Program-made: the position numbers and the translations under genes
Part shown: positions 49,106 through 58,877 of the stretch, one piece after another
How positions within the stretch are numbered: position 1 is the stretch's first letter
Layout of the letters: each line of letters begins with the position of its first letter
DNA from: Methanobacteriota archaeon
Lineage (GTDB): Archaea > JAADCQ01 > Methanopyri > Methanopyrales > Methanopyraceae
Length of the DNA: 64,000 bases
Direction: 5' to 3'
Assembly (NCBI GenBank): GCA_027064425.1
Contig: JAMOPO010000015.1
Location: 1-64,000, forward strand
The notes under the pieces: generated by a model
What the model saw: only the letters and a program-made list of their open reading frames with translations
Told to the model about the DNA's origin: nothing
Databases searched by the model: none

Positions 49106-50237
49106 CCCTCGGGGGAGGTTCGTCATCCCGTACGAGATCGACGAGCGCGGAGTGGCGCACGAGATCGACGAGCTGGACCTGGACATGATCAAGGAGCCGG
49201 AGAACCTCGCCGTCATCCCACCGTCCGAGCGCGCCGGCCCCTGCGGCAACGCGTGCGTCTTCTGCTACATCCCCCAGAATCCCCCTGAGGTGCGCAAGGA
49301 GCGCGGGGGCAAGGTCGGGACGACCCGGCACGACACGCTCAACGACCCGGAGCTGGAGCGCCGGATCGAGGCCGCGCGGGATCGGTATCCCGATCTCCGG
49401 CTCCGGATCGTGGACACGGCCGGGAACGTCGGGCTGGACGAGGAGCGGATCGAGTCGCTCGCGGCCGCCGGCCTGGACGAGCTCCAGCTGTCCCTGCACA
49501 CGACGAACCCTGAGACGCGGGCCCGGCTGATGCGGAACCCGGAGGCGGGTCGGGTGATCGAGCTCCTGCCCAGGTTCGAGGAGGTGGGCATCGACCTGAT
49601 CGCGGACCTGGTGCTGACCCCGGGATATAACCTCCGGGAGTTCCCAGAGACCTGCCGCAGGCTGGAGGAGGTGGGGGCCAAGCAGGTTCGGGTGTTCCCC
49701 GTGGGCGGCACCCGGCTCGCCCGGGGCTTCCGGTTCCCGACGGAGGAGGAGCTTCGATGGATGTGGGAGACCGCCAGGGAGCTGGACCGGGAGCTGGACC
49801 TGGAGGTGGTGCCCGCGCCCACGATCCGAGCGCTCTTGGGCGAGCCGGCCTGCGAGCCTCCGAGGCTGCCCGAGCCGGACTTCGAGACCTACCTGGTGGT
49901 GGGAGAGCTGGCGGCCCCCATCTTCGAGCCGGCGGTTCGGGACCTGGAGAACGTGGAGCTCGTGGTAGTTGAGAACCGGGTGTTCGGGGGCGTGATCGGC
50001 GCCTCCAGCCTGCTGACCGCTAAGGACGTGCTCCGCGAGGTGAAGAGGGTGGAGCCTCGAAGCGACTGCCCGCTGCTGATCCTGCCCGACGCTATGTTCG
50101 GACCGGATGGGAAAACCTTGGACGGCGTCTCCCGGGAGGAGCTCGTCGGCCGGCTCGCGGCGCTGGGCTTCACCGTGGTCACCTGCCGAACGCCCGAGGA
50201 GGTGGCGGAAGTCCTAGCAGCTCCCGCCCCGTGGTAG
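49089..50237 (+). CDS. Radical SAM / DUF512-like Fe-S oxidoreductase
   Basis: GPCGNACVFCYIPQNP, SLHTTNPETR..LM, LTPGYN, VENRVFGG.IG..SLLT..D; start uncertain. Confidence 0.8.
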   Translation: MRKAFTPRGRFVIPYEIDERGVAHEIDELDLDMIKEPENLAVIPPSERAGPCGNACVFCYIPQNPPEVRKERGGKVGTTRHDTLNDPELERRIEAARDRYPDLRLRIVDTAGNVGLDEERIESLAAAGLDELQLSLHTTNPETRARLMRNPEAGRVIELLPRFEEVGIDLIADLVLTPGYNLREFPETCRRLEEVGAKQVRVFPVGGTRLARGFRFPTEEELRWMWETARELDRELDLEVVPAPTIRALLGEPACEPPRLPEPDFETYLVVGELAAPIFEPAVRDLENVELVVVENRVFGGVIGASSLLTAKDVLREVKRVEPRSDCPLLILPDAMFGPDGKTLDGVSREELVGRLAALGFTVVTCRTPEEVAEVLAAPAPW

Positions 50238-50252
50238 CGGGGTGCGAGGGGT

Positions 50253-51194
50253 ATGTCCGAGCCCCGGGTGGGGGTCCTCTCGGGAGGCACGGGAACACCC
50301 AAGCTGCTGCGCGGGCTTCGGGAGCTGGACGCGAACTTCTTCGTGATCGTAAACACCGGCGAGGACCGCGAGGTGCTGGGCCTTTACGTCTCGCCGGACG
50401 TGGACACGGTGCTGTACACCCTGGCCGGGATCATCAACGATGAGACCTGGTACGGGGTTCGCGGCGACACCTTCCGGGGGCACGAGTTCCTGGAAGAGGA
50501 GCTGGATGTGGACGAGTTGCTCAGGATCGGGGACGTGGACCGAGCGTTCAAGCAGTACCGCACGTACCTCATGGAGCGTAAGGGGATGAGCCTCTCGGAG
50601 GCCGTCGATGAGCTCCGTCGCCGCCTCGGGATCAAGTGGAAGGTTTACCCCATGACCGACGACCGCGTCGTTACGATCATCGTGACGGACGAGGGCGAGA
50701 TGCACTTCCACGAGTTCTGGGTGGAGAAGAGGGGCCAGCCGGCCGTCAAGGACGTCAGGTACGAGGGGGCGGAAGAGGCGTCGGCACCCCCAAAGGCCGT
50801 GGACGACCTGCTGCGGGCGGACGTCGTGCTCATCGGGCCCAGCAACCCCGTGACCAGCATCGGCCCCATCCTCTCCGTCTCGGACATCCGGCACGCCGTC
50901 CGGGAGAAGCCCGTCGTGCTCGTCTCGCCCTTCATCGGTAACGAGCCCGTCAGCGGCCCCGCCGGGAAGCTGATGCGGGCGGTGGGGTTCGAGCCCAACG
51001 TGCGAGGGCTGGTCGAGTACTACCGGGGGTGGGGCATAGATCCCGACGTGCTGATCATGGACGAGCGGGACGACGTCGAGCCGCCCGGAGACGTGGAGGT
51101 GGTGCGCACGGACACGATTATGAAAACGGAGGAGGACTCGATCCGGCTGGCCAAGGAGGTGATGAGCGTCCTCCGGGAGGTTGCGGGATCTTGA
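50253..51194 (+). CDS. cofD: 2-phospho-L-lactate transferase (F420 biosynthesis)
   Basis: SGGTGTPKLL, NTGED, SPDVDTVLY, GPSNPVTSIGPIL, VSGPAGKLM. Confidence 0.95.
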   Translation: MSEPRVGVLSGGTGTPKLLRGLRELDANFFVIVNTGEDREVLGLYVSPDVDTVLYTLAGIINDETWYGVRGDTFRGHEFLEEELDVDELLRIGDVDRAFKQYRTYLMERKGMSLSEAVDELRRRLGIKWKVYPMTDDRVVTIIVTDEGEMHFHEFWVEKRGQPAVKDVRYEGAEEASAPPKAVDDLLRADVVLIGPSNPVTSIGPILSVSDIRHAVREKPVVLVSPFIGNEPVSGPAGKLMRAVGFEPNVRGLVEYYRGWGIDPDVLIMDERDDVEPPGDVEVVRTDTIMKTEEDSIRLAKEVMSVLREVAGS

Positions 51195-51205
51195 GGACGG
51201 CATGG

Positions 51206-51895
51206 ATGATAACGCTCGCCGCCCTAGCCCTCGCGGCCGCCGCGCTCGGGGTCGGGTGGTACATGCTCTCGAGTCCGGGGGAGCCCGAGGTGCCGGTCAA
51301 GGCCAAGATCGAGCTCCCCAAGCCGATGAGACTGGAGATGCCGCTCACCGAGGCACTCGAGAAGCGCCGCTCCATTCGGAAGTACAAGCAGGAGCCCATC
51401 ACACTCCGCGAGCTCTCGACCGTGCTGTGGGCGGCCCAGGGTATCACGGACCCGCGAGGCTTCCGGACGGCCCCCAGCGCCGGCGCGCTGTATCCGCTCA
51501 GGATCTTCGTCGTGGTCAAGAACGTGAAGGGCCTCGAGCCGGGCATCTACGTGTACGATCCCAAGTCCAACACGCTGGGCTTGGTCAAGCGCGGCGACTT
51601 CCACCTGCAGCTGCAGCGGGCGTGCCTGGACCAGGAGTGGGTTGGGCAGGCGGCCGTGAACATCGTCATCGTCGGCTACGAGCGCGTCCTGCGGCCCCGG
51701 TACGGCGACCGATCCTTCCGGTACATGGCGCTGGAGGCCGGCCACGTCGGTCAGAACATCTACCTGGCCTGCACGGCGATGGGTCTGGGCACCGTGGCCA
51801 TCGGCGCCTTCCACGACGATCAGGTGAAGAGGATACTCGGGGTTAAGGAAAAGGACGCGGTCCCGCTCTACGTGTTCCCGATCGGGCGCAGGTGA
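51206..51895 (+). CDS. SagB/ThcOx-type nitroreductase with N-terminal membrane anchor
   Basis: RRSIR, RTAPSAGALYP, EAGHVGQNIYL, IGAF; start ATG 51206 or TTG 51191. Confidence 0.88.
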   Translation: MITLAALALAAAALGVGWYMLSSPGEPEVPVKAKIELPKPMRLEMPLTEALEKRRSIRKYKQEPITLRELSTVLWAAQGITDPRGFRTAPSAGALYPLRIFVVVKNVKGLEPGIYVYDPKSNTLGLVKRGDFHLQLQRACLDQEWVGQAAVNIVIVGYERVLRPRYGDRSFRYMALEAGHVGQNIYLACTAMGLGTVAIGAFHDDQVKRILGVKEKDAVPLYVFPIGRR

Positions 51896-52491
51896 GGGAG
51901 GCGGGGTTGGGCGTTCGCGTCCGTGACGTCCTGAACTACCGAGGTCTGAGACTCCTCGTGTTCGAGCACGTGTACCCGCCCTCCGACGACTCCTTCCTCC
52001 TGGCCGAGCACCAGGGGGTCGCGCGTGGCGACCGCGTCCTCGACGTCGGCACCGGTTGCGGTATCCAGGCACTCCTCGCCGCCGACCGCGGCTGCGAGGT
52101 GGTGGCCGTCGACGTCAACCCCGCGGCCGTGCTCTGCGCCCGATGGAACGCCCTGCTGAACGAGCTGGAGGTGCTCACGCTGGAGGGGGACCTGTTCGAG
52201 CCCGTCGCGGGCGAGCGCTTCGACGTCGTGCTGTTCAACCCGCCGTACCTGCCCGGACGCGAGCTTCCCCGGGACGATCCGCTCTCGAGGGCCACCGAGG
52301 ACCCGGCCGTGATCGAGCGCTTCCTCCGGGGACTGGCGGATCGGGAGGTGGAGTGGGAGGAAGCGAGGATCGTAGTCTCCTCTCTGACCCCGGAGGAGTA
52401 CTTGAAACCGCTGGACGAGTTCGAGGTCGAGGTCGTGGCCAGGAAGCGCCTGTTTTTTGAGGAGCTCAGAGTCCTGGTGCTGAGACCGTAG
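51892..52491 (+). CDS. HemK2/Mtq2-type N5-glutamine methyltransferase
   Basis: VYPPSDDSFLL, DVGTGCG, FNPPY, FFEEL. Confidence 0.88.
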   Translation: MREAGLGVRVRDVLNYRGLRLLVFEHVYPPSDDSFLLAEHQGVARGDRVLDVGTGCGIQALLAADRGCEVVAVDVNPAAVLCARWNALLNELEVLTLEGDLFEPVAGERFDVVLFNPPYLPGRELPRDDPLSRATEDPAVIERFLRGLADREVEWEEARIVVSSLTPEEYLKPLDEFEVEVVARKRLFFEELRVLVLRP

Positions 52492-52503
52492 GGGGGACGC
52501 TCG

Positions 52504-52815
52504 ATGTACGTGCTCGTGTACTCGACCGCGGGCGACAAGGAGGAGGCGAAGCGAATCGCCAGGAAGCTGGTGGAGGAAGGGCTCGCGGCCTGCGTTAACG
52601 TTTGGCCGATCGAGTCCGTTTACGAGTGGGAGGGTGAGATTGAGGAGGACGAGGAGGTGGCGCTGCTCGTCAAGACCACCGCGGAGAAGGCCGGCGAGGT
52701 GGTGGAGAGGATCGTGGAGCTGCACTCCTACGACGTACCGGCGGTGCTCGTCGTGCCAGTGCTGGGCGGCCATGAGGAGTTCCTAAAGTGGGTCAGGGAG
52801 CAGACCGCTCCCTGA
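52504..52815 (+). CDS. cutA: CutA divalent-cation tolerance protein
   Basis: LAACVN..SVYEWEG..LHSYDVP. Confidence 0.92.
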   Translation: MYVLVYSTAGDKEEAKRIARKLVEEGLAACVNVWPIESVYEWEGEIEEDEEVALLVKTTAEKAGEVVERIVELHSYDVPAVLVVPVLGGHEEFLKWVREQTAP

Positions 52816-54163
52816 GCAGCTCCAGCACCGCGTCCAGCTTCCGCTCCGCCTCTTCCCACGCCCGGCGGACCTTCTCCTTCATCTCCTCGAAATCCTCCGG
52901 GCGCTCCTCGCCGATGACCCGCTTCACCTTGGTGTAGGCGGCCTCCCGGAACTTGACGTCCACCCGCTCCTCGCGTCCGTCGCGCTCCAGGTACACTCCC
53001 TCGCCCTCCTCAACGCGCCCCACGACGTCCGCCTCGATCCCGGCATCGCGCAGGACCTCGACGCAGCGCTCCGCAACCTCTTCCGGAGCGATGACCATCA
53101 GCATGTCCAGCGAGAGGCCCAGGTAGTCGATCCCCAGCTCGTCGAGCATTTTCATGACCCGGTCGTTCACGAGGCTCCGGACCCGTCCCTCGTCGAAGAC
53201 CAGCCGCACGCCGGCGGTCTCGGAGATCTCCGTCGCGTCACCGCGGATCCCGCCATTGGTGATGTCGGTCATGGCGTGAACCTCGGGCAGCAAATCGGCC
53301 TCTCGGAGTGCCTCCACCGCGCGGACGAAGTCCACGTTCAGGGTCTCCTTAACGACGTCGTAGTACCCGTGGTAAATCGCCGTCGTGGAGATTGTGCCGC
53401 CGCCCGCCCCCTCCGTGAGCACGATTAGATCCCCGGGCTCGGCCCTCCGACGTGGGGTCAGCTCCTCCGGCTTGGCCGCTCCCACGCACGCCACGCCCGC
53501 GACGAGCCTCCGACCGTGCACCATGTCGCCGCCGACGCGGAGCGTGCTTCCGGCCAGGATCGGAACGCCCGTGGCCGCGCAGACGGCCGCGACCCCGGCG
53601 GTGAAGTCGAAGAGCCGGCCCACGTCGCCGTCGTCGGCCAGGTGCAGGTCAACCAGGACTCCGACCGCTCGCGCGCCGTTGACCAGCACGTCCCGCATGG
53701 CCGCCCTGGTCGCGTGGAACCCGGCAAGGAACGGGAACTCGCTCAACCGGGAGTGCATCCCGTCCACGGCGCTCACGATCACCTGCTCTCCCTCTCGGAT
53801 CTCGGTCGCCCCGGCGTCGTCCCGCTCCTCGGGGGACACCAGGGCACCCTTGGAGGCCCGGGCGGCCAGCTTCGTCAGCAGCTCGTGGACGAAGAAGTCG
53901 CCCTCACCCCGAGAGCCCACGCCCATCTCGCCCATTGTGACGCCGGAGGACGGGGGTTTGAAGAGCCGGCCGAGCTCGCCCTCGAGCTCGTGCGCCCGGC
54001 GAACGTGCCGCACCTCGTCCAGGACGGCGGACACGAACTCTTCCACTTTCTCGTCGGACCAGTCCGACTTCCAGATCCTGACCAGGCGCTTCAGCCACTC
54101 CTCGACCTCCTCCTCGTCAGCACCGGACTCGAGCAGGTGCAAGGCGAGGCCTTCCAGGTCCAT
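52793..54163 (-). CDS. AIR-synthase (PurM/HypE)-like methanogen protein
   Basis: MDLEG, GVGSRGEGDF, DGMHSRLS, AMTDITNGGIRGD. Confidence 0.85.
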   Translation of the reverse strand: MDLEGLALHLLESGADEEEVEEWLKRLVRIWKSDWSDEKVEEFVSAVLDEVRHVRRAHELEGELGRLFKPPSSGVTMGEMGVGSRGEGDFFVHELLTKLAARASKGALVSPEERDDAGATEIREGEQVIVSAVDGMHSRLSEFPFLAGFHATRAAMRDVLVNGARAVGVLVDLHLADDGDVGRLFDFTAGVAAVCAATGVPILAGSTLRVGGDMVHGRRLVAGVACVGAAKPEELTPRRRAEPGDLIVLTEGAGGGTISTTAIYHGYYDVVKETLNVDFVRAVEALREADLLPEVHAMTDITNGGIRGDATEISETAGVRLVFDEGRVRSLVNDRVMKMLDELGIDYLGLSLDMLMVIAPEEVAERCVEVLRDAGIEADVVGRVEEGEGVYLERDGREERVDVKFREAAYTKVKRVIGEERPEDFEEMKEKVRRAWEEAERKLDAVLELLRERSAP

Positions 54164-54165
54164 GG

Positions 54166-54672
54166 TCAGTCGCCCCGCGGCAGCCCGGTGAGCTCAGATA
54201 GCACCCTCTCCAGGGACCACTCTCGCGCCTCCTCCGGCAGCTCCGCAGCCCGCCTGAGGGGCTCGCCCAGGAGCTCCGCCGCGAGCATTCTCAGGGCCCG
54301 GGTGACCCGGGGCTTACCGGTGGAGATCGCGAGTAGGGCGTCCCCCCGCCTTAGCACCGAGGGGAACCTCACCCGGGGCTCGTCGACGTCGACCCTGTTG
54401 ACCAAGGGCAGCTCGCTCTCCAGCCGTGCGTTGAGGTCCGGGTCGTCGGTGGCTGCCACGTACAGATCCGCCTCGGGCAGGTCGTCCGGGGACTCGACCC
54501 GACGCCGGAGGTGGTCCGCGCCCAGATCGTCCACCCAGTCCGGCCGGTCTGGCGAGACGACGGTTACATCCACCCCGAGGTCGACCAGCGTCCGAGCCTT
54601 GCGCCGGGCCACGTTCCCCGCGCCCACGATCACGGCCCGGTCCACGTCGACCACCAGCGGGACGTAGGGCAC
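54166..54672 (-). CDS. sirC: Precorrin-2 dehydrogenase (SirC / CysG N-terminal domain)
   Basis: IVGAGNVARRK, AATDDPDLN, LVNRVD, ISTG; start GTG 54672. Confidence 0.82.
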   Translation of the reverse strand: MPYVPLVVDVDRAVIVGAGNVARRKARTLVDLGVDVTVVSPDRPDWVDDLGADHLRRRVESPDDLPEADLYVAATDDPDLNARLESELPLVNRVDVDEPRVRFPSVLRRGDALLAISTGKPRVTRALRMLAAELLGEPLRRAAELPEEAREWSLERVLSELTGLPRGD

Positions 54673-54683
54673 GCCGGGACCCC

Positions 54684-55457
54684 CTAGGCGTTGGGGATCT
54701 TGCGGTCCCACTTCGGCTCCTTGAGGAGCTTCTGGCCGTACACCTCCCGGCGCCGCTCCGGGCTCATTCGGAGCAGCTCCTTGATCAGCTCCGGCGCATC
54801 CTTGGGTTTGACGCGCAGGTTCGGGTTGAGCCGCGGCGTTCCGATTACCCCGTGCACGTCCACGGGGATGAGGCCCAGGTACTCGCCGCTGGTCATGTCG
54901 AACGAGGCGGCGATGCCCAGGCTGGCCTCACCGCGCAGCAGGGTCCGTTGGACGGCCTCGAACCCGCAGACGTACTCGTCGACCGACGGCTCGACGATCT
55001 CGTAGCCGGCCATCTCCAGGATCTCGCGGAGCTCCTTGTCGTACTTCCGGGCCGCCTTGCAGCGGCGCTCTGGCATCACGATCTTCCGGGTGCCGCGCTC
55101 CTCCGGGATGGGCTCGGTATCGCCCGGCTCCTCCTTCTCCACGTCGGGGAACAGCTCGAACACCTTGTCGATGGTCTCCTCCGGCCCACCCACAACCAGG
55201 ACGTCGTCCCCGGGCTTCGCCTTGACCAGCTGAGCCACCCACGGGGTGATGCAGGTGGAGGAGAGGCACCCCTCCGGGGTCACCGTCCCGGTGATCGCGT
55301 TGCCGTTGACGCTCGTCTTGAACCCGATCAGCCGCTTCAGCTCGAAGTGGAGGTGCATGGGGGCGTGGCCGGTTCGGAACACGTAGATCCGGTCCGGCTC
55401 TCCCATGAACAGCCAGCGCGGGTCCAGCTCGTCGGTCACGTCCACGTACACCGTCAA
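54684..55457 (-). CDS. Hypothetical protein
   Basis: In-operon ORF with typical codon usage; no family recognised. Confidence 0.65.
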   Translation of the reverse strand: MTVYVDVTDELDPRWLFMGEPDRIYVFRTGHAPMHLHFELKRLIGFKTSVNGNAITGTVTPEGCLSSTCITPWVAQLVKAKPGDDVLVVGGPEETIDKVFELFPDVEKEEPGDTEPIPEERGTRKIVMPERRCKAARKYDKELREILEMAGYEIVEPSVDEYVCGFEAVQRTLLRGEASLGIAASFDMTSGEYLGLIPVDVHGVIGTPRLNPNLRVKPKDAPELIKELLRMSPERRREVYGQKLLKEPKWDRKIPNA

Positions 55458-55460
55458 CGG

Positions 55461-56522
55461 TCAGGAGCCCCTGGTAAGGTAGATCGCGGGTCCGTAGGCC
55501 GGGATCATTCGATCGGGTACCTCGCGGGGTTCGCGGCCCAGCCCGAACTCGGACTTCCGGGGTCCGAGCCCGATCACGTCCTCCACCTCGTCCCAGTCCA
55601 CCGGTGAGACGTTGTGGCACCCGTGACCGCCGTCTCGGTACACCTCCTCACTCTCCAGCCGGCCCTCGACGAACGCCCGGATCTGCTCCTCGAACCGGGA
55701 GCGGTCCAGCAGCTCGGTGTGGTGCTCGTACACGCCTACCACGCGCTCGTCCTCGAACAGGAAGGCCGTAACGTGCCCCGTCCCGTAGTCGATCACCAGC
55801 AGCCGCTCCGCCTCCGACTCGACCCGACCGAGCACCGCCACCGGGAGCTTCGAGTCCATCACGACGGGCTCGGCGTCGACGCGCTTCAGCTCCTCGTACG
55901 CGGCCCGCAGGCGTGGGAAGCTCCTCGGAGGCTTCTCGTCGAACATCATGTCCTCGGGTCGGCACCCACTCTCGCCCAGGTACTCGCGGAAGAGCCGCTC
56001 GAACCGGTGCTTACGGTTCGAGTCGTAGCTCGGGTGGTAACCGTGATCCTGGACGCACGCCGCGACCCACTCCAGCCCGTCCAGTCCCACACCCTCCGCC
56101 TCGAGGAACTCGAACAGCCTGCGCGCCCGGAAGTCGTACGTCTCGATCACCTCGGCCTCGTTCGGGATCTCGCTCCGGTCCTCGACCAGCTCCAGCCCGT
56201 CCATTCGCCGGAGCTCCTCCACGTCGTTGCTCAGGGTGAGTGCGGCGGGGAGCTCCGCGTAGACCGTCGTACCGGCCCTCATCAGCCGGCGGATCTCCTT
56301 GGTGATGGGCCCGCCGCCCATCGGCTGGCCCACGAGCCCGAGCGCCTCGGGCGGGGACTCCCGGTAGCGGCGCAGCCGTCGGGCGAGCACCGAGACGCGG
56401 GAGGGCAGGACGAGCCGGGCCGAGTACTCGGGGTCACCCGTGTACGCGACGACGTCCGTCGTCCCCACCCCCACGTCGATCACGACGCACTCGGCGTCCC
56501 ACGGGCGGGACGCGGGTTCCAC
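55461..56522 (-). CDS. DUF1786-family (ASKHA-fold) protein
   Basis: IDVGVGTTD, MGGG, VQDHG, SNR..RF, YEHHT, GGHG. Confidence 0.82.
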   Translation of the reverse strand: MEPASRPWDAECVVIDVGVGTTDVVAYTGDPEYSARLVLPSRVSVLARRLRRYRESPPEALGLVGQPMGGGPITKEIRRLMRAGTTVYAELPAALTLSNDVEELRRMDGLELVEDRSEIPNEAEVIETYDFRARRLFEFLEAEGVGLDGLEWVAACVQDHGYHPSYDSNRKHRFERLFREYLGESGCRPEDMMFDEKPPRSFPRLRAAYEELKRVDAEPVVMDSKLPVAVLGRVESEAERLLVIDYGTGHVTAFLFEDERVVGVYEHHTELLDRSRFEEQIRAFVEGRLESEEVYRDGGHGCHNVSPVDWDEVEDVIGLGPRKSEFGLGREPREVPDRMIPAYGPAIYLTRGS

Positions 56523-57105
56523 GGAACTCCGCCCCCTCCAGCGCGCGAAGCAGGTCCGCCGGGCTCGAGGCGTCGACGACCCGGAGCTCGAGTCCGCTCT
56601 TTAAGGCTATCCTCGGCGCCCACGGGTCGATGGCGGTCCACCGATCGACCAGCTCCCCGGCCGGCACCTCCTCGATCACGCGACCCCGCTCGTCCAGGAT
56701 GCCGGGGACATCCTTGGCGTAGACCACCCGGTCGGCACCGATCTGCGCCGCGACCCAGGCGGCGATGGCGTCGGACGTCACGTCCCAGGAGTGCGGCAGC
56801 GGGTCCCTCTCGCGGAGCACCCTGTACGGGAGCAGCACCGCCTTCCCCTCCACCCTCAGGTCCTCGGTGGTGGGAAGGTCCAGGAGCTCGGAGAGGATCA
56901 GGCCGAGCTGGTCCATCGCCATGATGGCGGCCCAGTGCGCCGCCTCGTCGGAGAACCCGAGCTCCCGCTGAGCCTCCCGAACGGCGTCCGAGAACTTCCA
57001 GCCGCCGGGAACGATCAGCAGCTCCCCGCTGAACTCTCGCACGGCCTCCTTGACGGACTCGATGTGCTTCACGACGCCCGTGCCGGTCTTGAGCACGACC
57101 CTCAA
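56434..57105 (-). CDS. mfnE: Amino-acid-kinase family protein, MfnE-like (methanofuran biosynthesis)
   Basis: VPGGWKFSDAVR, AHWAAIMAMD, PHSWDVTSDAIA, KDVPG. Confidence 0.75.
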   Translation of the reverse strand: MRVVLKTGTGVVKHIESVKEAVREFSGELLIVPGGWKFSDAVREAQRELGFSDEAAHWAAIMAMDQLGLILSELLDLPTTEDLRVEGKAVLLPYRVLRERDPLPHSWDVTSDAIAAWVAAQIGADRVVYAKDVPGILDERGRVIEEVPAGELVDRWTAIDPWAPRIALKSGLELRVVDASSPADLLRALEGAEFRGTRVPPVGRRVRRDRRGGGDDGRRRVHG

Positions 57106-57338
57106 CCCGACGCCAGCCCTTCGAGCTTCTGTCGGAGGATGCGGACGTCGGTCCGTTCCGTCTCGCTCTCGGAGTCCTCCTCGCGCTTCTTGAGGAACTT
57201 CAGCGCGCAGTCCACGTCGTCGCAGCGCTCGTAGACCTCCTCGACGATCCTGCGGACCCGCTTGGCGTTCTCAAGGTAGGGCCGCGCCTCCACGTAGGCC
57301 AGCATCAGGAGGTCCCTCAGCTCGCTCGAGGACGACAT
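57102..57338 (-). CDS. Small hypothetical protein
   Basis: 78 aa, helical, coupled to neighbours. Confidence 0.55.
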   Translation of the reverse strand: MSSSSELRDLLMLAYVEARPYLENAKRVRRIVEEVYERCDDVDCALKFLKKREEDSESETERTDVRILRQKLEGLASG

Positions 57339-57762
57339 CTCTCACCACCCTGATCACCGTCCTGCCCGCCTCGAGGGCCTCCCGGGACATCCTCTCCCCC
57401 GGCCCCAGCCTGACGGGGGAGAACCCGATCAGCACCCGGACGTCCAGCCTCGCTAGCCCGACGCCGTGGCTTCCCAGGTCGCGCTCCGGGTCCGGATCGC
57501 GGATGACGGTGAGCGTCCCGGGCTCGAAGTCGCCCACCACGGCGTCGACCAGCACCACCGGGCCGTCGGGCGGGGGGAGCCGCTCCAGCCAGATCCCGGC
57601 CGGTACGGCGCGGAACCCGGGAGCTCGGAGCGGGGACAGCCGCCGGGCCACGTAGTATCCGAACGCGTCGTCGCCCGAGGCGGGGTTGCCCAGACCTACG
57701 AGCGTGAACCGGTCCGGCAGGTTCTCGCGGAGGACCCGTCTCAGCTCCCGTTGGCCGGGCAC
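57271..57762 (-). CDS. Hydrogenase maturation protease-like protein
   Basis: GLGNPASGDDAFG, VLVDA, SHG; start GTG 57762. Confidence 0.78.
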   Translation of the reverse strand: MPGQRELRRVLRENLPDRFTLVGLGNPASGDDAFGYYVARRLSPLRAPGFRAVPAGIWLERLPPPDGPVVLVDAVVGDFEPGTLTVIRDPDPERDLGSHGVGLARLDVRVLIGFSPVRLGPGERMSREALEAGRTVIRVVRDVVLERAEGPPDAGLRGGAALP

Positions 57763-58877
57763 CCCTCCACCACCCGGGCCATCAGCCGGAGGAACTCGAT
57801 GACTCGATCGGCCGTCAGGTGCGGCATCATCACGATCCTGACCCCGAGCGGGTTGGCGGACACGGACACCTTCCACCCGTGCCGCTCTGCCTCCTCGAGC
57901 AGTCTCTCCGCCGTGCTCTCATCGTCCAGCAGCACGTTGACCAGGTTCAGGTGCGGCGGGTCCACGGCCAGCTCGAGCCCGAGCTCTTTGGCCGCGTCCA
58001 CGACCTTCAGCGTTTCCTCGTAGCAGGCGAGGGCGATGCGCTCGTACCCCTCCTCGCCGAGGGTCAGGATGTTGGCGTACAGCGCCAGAACCGGGGCGCC
58101 GGGCCGAGTTCCCACGATCGTGAACTGCCGCGACCCGCCGCCCGAGAGGTACGGAGCGTAGACCTCGATCTCGCGCGGGAGCTCCTCGTCCCGGAAGATG
58201 ATGCCGCCCGCGGGCGGTGGGACCAGGCCCATCTTGTGCGGGTCCACGGTGACCGACGTGACTCCCTCCAGGTCGAAACCGAAGCGTGGGAGGTCGCGGT
58301 GCTTGCGCAGGAACGGTGCCACGAACCCGCCGAACGCCGCGTCCACGTGGAGCGGGACTTCGTGGTCCTCCGCGATGTCAGACAGGGCCTCCACGTCGTC
58401 CACGGAGCCGGTCTCGGTGGTCCCCACAATCCCGACGATCAGGGCGGTATCCCGGGTGATAAGGTCCTGGACGGCGTCCACGTCGACGCGGTACTCCTCG
58501 TCCACGGGCGCTTCGACCAACCGCATCTTAAGCATGCGCGCCGCCTTCTCAAAGGAGAAGTGCCGGGTTTCGGGCACGATGATCTCCCGACCGCCGGTCA
58601 CCTCGCGGGCGGCGTAGGCGGCCAGGATGTTGGCCTCGGTACCGCCCGAGACGATGGCACCCACGGCCTCCTCCGGGGCGGGGTGGTCGAGCAGGACCTC
58701 CGCCATCCACCGCACGCACTCACGCTCGGCCTCGGCTGAGTTCGGAAACAGGTACGGATCGCCCAGGTTGACGTGCAGCGCCTCCCGGAAGGTGCGAAGG
58801 GCGACCGGATGAGGCTCCGTACACATCGAGCCGAGGATGGTACCGTCGGAGTACCGGGAGTCACGCTCCAGGATCAC
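57741..58877 (-). CDS. mfnA: Tyrosine/aspartate decarboxylase MfnA
   Basis: ILGSMCT.PH, NLGDP.LFP, SGGTEAN, HVDAAFGG, DPHKMG; GTG 58877 overlaps the upstream TGA. Confidence 0.92.
   Translation of the reverse strand: MILERDSRYSDGTILGSMCTEPHPVALRTFREALHVNLGDPYLFPNSAEAERECVRWMAEVLLDHPAPEEAVGAIVSGGTEANILAAYAAREVTGGREIIVPETRHFSFEKAARMLKMRLVEAPVDEEYRVDVDAVQDLITRDTALIVGIVGTTETGSVDDVEALSDIAEDHEVPLHVDAAFGGFVAPFLRKHRDLPRFGFDLEGVTSVTVDPHKMGLVPPPAGGIIFRDEELPREIEVYAPYLSGGGSRQFTIVGTRPGAPVLALYANILTLGEEGYERIALACYEETLKVVDAAKELGLELAVDPPHLNLVNVLLDDESTAERLLEEAERHGWKVSVSANPLGVRIVMMPHLTADRVIEFLRLMARVVEGCPANGS

Noticed and set aside
50670-50686. GTTACGA-TCA-TCGTGAC, a one-mismatch copy of the tRNA-locus palindrome
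   Set aside because: Lies inside the cofD coding sequence (VTIIVT) with no nearby TATA; probably chance, but worth revisiting in a genome-wide scan.
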